Part shown: piece by piece, positions 49,122-51,154 of the stretch
Layout of the letters: each line of letters opens with the position of its first letter
How positions within the stretch are numbered: position 1 is the stretch's first letter
DNA from: Bacteriovoracaceae bacterium
GTDB taxonomy: Bacteria; Bdellovibrionota; Bacteriovoracia; Bacteriovoracales; Bacteriovoracaceae
DNA: 51,154 nt
Assembly: GCA_046593575.1 (NCBI GenBank)
Contig: JBKJNQ010000152.1
Coordinates: forward strand, 1 to 51,154
Reading direction: 5' to 3'
Notes under the pieces: generated by a model
The model's database searches: none
What the model saw: only the letters and a program-made list of their open reading frames with translations
Told to the model about the DNA's origin: nothing
Made by a program: the position numbers and the translations under genes

Positions 49122-49265
49122 ATTGTCCGATCAGATTACTAAGGAATTTCATAATTTCTTACCAGACTGAATCCGAGATTTATTGAGAGGGAGTGGACCT
49201 GTTCAATCTACTTCCTCTCTTCATTTTAACTCAAGAGTAGAATTTCTTCATGTTATCTTTGATGG

Positions 49266-50885
49266 ATGCAGAAAAAATTCTTTCCAGAGAATTATCCCAG
49301 ATTTTTCCTGTGGATCCTTGTTCTGGTAACCTATGCTCCGGTGCTCGCCAGAGTCGCAGTAAATCCAGATGCATTATTTCTTCTCAAAGTTATTCTTCCT
49401 GTTTCAAATCCCATCGAATACCTAAATCTACTGATTAATTTCAAAACCATCGATTTTCAGCCGGTTCGTGACCTAACTTTCTTTTTTGATCTGTGGATTT
49501 TTCGGACAACAGGAATCGTTTTTTTTACCACAACAAATATTTTACTTTGGGGCGGGATAGTCACTTCTTTTTACCAACTCATCATTTCCTTGAATGAAAA
49601 ATTAAGTAAGTTTTCTGCCCTCACCCTGGCTTCAGCCTTCGCAGTTTACCCGATTTTCACTCAAGCAGTTCCATGGGGAATGGCGAGAAAGCATATTCTG
49701 GCCGTAATTTTACTTCTATGGGCCACACAGGCGTTTCTGAAAGAGCTCGATCAAAAAACACATTGGGCTAAAGCTTACATTCTTTACCTCTGTGCTTGTC
49801 TAAGTCATCCGCTCACGATTCTCTGGCCGGTTTGGTGTTATGGGTATGATTGGCTGAACTCACGCAGACTAAAAATACTCACCCTACGCACTGGCCTCTA
49901 CGTCACGACAATCATTGCTTCAATACTTGTAAATTACTTTTACCATTCGACGGAACACTTTTTAATCAAAGATTATTCCCCCAACTACATTCCCGAATTC
50001 TTCAATCTTTTATGGGTTCTCAAAGCTTTTCTGTTCGATCTAAAGCAGATCTTTTTCCCCTATCAACTGGGTTTTCTTTATTACCCGGATTGGGGGAATA
50101 GCTGGCCTGGTATAGTGTGTGTGTGTTTAATCGGAATCTGGATATTCCGCGTTCAAAATAAGAAACAACTCCTTGGCTGGCTTGCGTTCGCCTGCATCCC
50201 ACTTCCTATCTCCCTATCTATTACCGGAATTATTTACGATCAGTATCTCATCATCGTTATTATAGGGATCGGTCTTGCGCTAGCCGTTTCCCTCAGAGAG
50301 GAGACCCGACTCGGGTTATGTTGGATTCTTATTGCTGGCTGGGGTTTATTCTCATTTTATCAGGTTACTTTATGGAGATCACCGCTTGCTCTGGCAGGAA
50401 GGAACTTCGAAAATTCCCCTTCTTGCAAATCAGTCATAACCTACTTCTCAGCAGTTTATGAATCGCAAAAGCTAGCTGACCCAGCTCTACTCAATTTTGG
50501 TTTTCTTAATCGATGCTTTCTTCCTTCTCTGGATGATCCCTCACTCATAAGGGTTCAAAAAACGATCATACTTTCAAACATACTCTTCTATGAAAGGCCG
50601 GATTCACTTAAGCAGAGGCACGAGAAACTTGAAGTGCTGGGTGGAACTCATTATTATCCTCAGCTAATCCTGACGATATTAGCTGCCCGTGACTTTAATG
50701 AAGAAGAAGTTAAATCCAGGATAAAGAATCTTGAACAACACTTCGCAGGTCGTGCCCCGGAAATACCTGATACGGTGACTCTTGAGCTAGGCAAATTTTG
50801 CCATACTCGCAAAATTACGTCCTGTGAGAATTTCCTGGCCCGGAGTATTGGCTCTGATCACTCTCCGCTGCTAAATCATCCCTGA
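49266..50885 (+). CDS. TMTC-like GT-C membrane glycosyltransferase, paralog 2
   Basis: NPDA, IDFQPVRDL, FAVYPIFTQAVPWGMARKHILA, PYQL and RNFENSPSC. Colinear with 37318..38928. Confidence 0.6.
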   Translation: MQKKFFPENYPRFFLWILVLVTYAPVLARVAVNPDALFLLKVILPVSNPIEYLNLLINFKTIDFQPVRDLTFFFDLWIFRTTGIVFFTTTNILLWGGIVTSFYQLIISLNEKLSKFSALTLASAFAVYPIFTQAVPWGMARKHILAVILLLWATQAFLKELDQKTHWAKAYILYLCACLSHPLTILWPVWCYGYDWLNSRRLKILTLRTGLYVTTIIASILVNYFYHSTEHFLIKDYSPNYIPEFFNLLWVLKAFLFDLKQIFFPYQLGFLYYPDWGNSWPGIVCVCLIGIWIFRVQNKKQLLGWLAFACIPLPISLSITGIIYDQYLIIVIIGIGLALAVSLREETRLGLCWILIAGWGLFSFYQVTLWRSPLALAGRNFENSPSCKSVITYFSAVYESQKLADPALLNFGFLNRCFLPSLDDPSLIRVQKTIILSNILFYERPDSLKQRHEKLEVLGGTHYYPQLILTILAARDFNEEEVKSRIKNLEQHFAGRAPEIPDTVTLELGKFCHTRKITSCENFLARSIGSDHSPLLNHP

Positions 50886-50954
50886 AAACTACGAAGTTTC
50901 TTCCCACTTGCATCAACTATGTCCCATGCTAACCTAGGTAGGGGCAGTGTCTCC

Positions 50955-51002
50955 GGTTTTTCAGGATGAAAAGCCAATCCCATTTCCGCACTTTCATGGA
51001 GG
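50955..51002 (+). promoter_or_regulatory. candidate CsrA-binding sites in the fliD 5' leader
   Basis: Hairpin GGTTTTTCA-GGA-TGAAAAGCC with GGA in the loop, plus ATGGA overlapping the GGAGG SD. Confidence 0.5.
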
Positions 51003-51008
51003 AAAGAT

Positions 51009-51154
51009 TTGGGGATATCCTTTGGTTCCATCAATTCAGGCCTTCCTAAGGACATCGTTCAGCAAATTATTGAAGCTGAGAAGATGCCTATTAAGCAAAT
51101 GGAAGCGCGCAAAGAAAAAATCGAAAGTAAAAAAACTCTCGTGGGCCAGCTCAC
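51009..51154 (+). CDS. fliD: flagellar filament cap protein, 5' part only
   Basis: TTG start after a GGAGG SD. MGISFGSINSGLPKDIVQQIIEAEKMPIKQMEARKEKI matches the FliD N-terminal pattern. Runs off the window. Confidence 0.8.
   Translation, partial: MGISFGSINSGLPKDIVQQIIEAEKMPIKQMEARKEKIESKKTLVGQL

Noticed and set aside
1-51154. CRISPR arrays, tRNA/rRNA, IS elements, prophage or defence genes
   Set aside because: No spaced repeats, RNA-gene signatures, transposase, integrase or phage motifs were seen. Intergenic gaps are short and mostly explained.

Overview
About 51 kb of gene-dense bacterial chromosome. Gene content and order point to a predatory Bdellovibrionota, probably Bacteriovoracaceae/Peredibacter-like (inference). 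Positions 1-34.9 kb are almost all one minus-strand gene run: rqcH, an exported protein, an rlmI-like gene, a MoxR/DUF58/vWA (Bat) cluster, ribF, aroE, and a complete deltaproteobacterial-type type IVa pilus locus. The pilus locus has pilB-pilT-pilC, three tandem pilins, an inverted pilG, pilH-pilI-pilD and pilMNOPQ. It is followed by a TPR gene, aroQ, efp, accB, accC, an SgmX/Bd2492-position TPR gene and a TamB-like gene cut by the window edge. The right part holds mutS2, two paralogous TMTC-like GT-C membrane glycosyltransferases, lepB, a transpeptidase-only PBP, rlmE, nth, a CysQ/IMPase, two lysine-poor secreted orphans and the start of fliD. Most notable: (i) a pilin triplet whose outer copies are near-identical only in the mature region, while the middle pilin's leader-peptide codons form the major-pilin terminator; (ii) candidate surface-protein glycosylation enzymes sharing a DFQPVRDL motif; (iii) rqcH and mutS2 head-to-head with start codons abutting as CAT|ATG; (iv) repeated leaderless-type promoters; (v) a DnaA-box-like cluster; (vi) a CsrA-type hairpin in the fliD leader. 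No rRNA, tRNA, CRISPR array or mobile element was seen. All calls come from reading motifs by eye; no searches were run.
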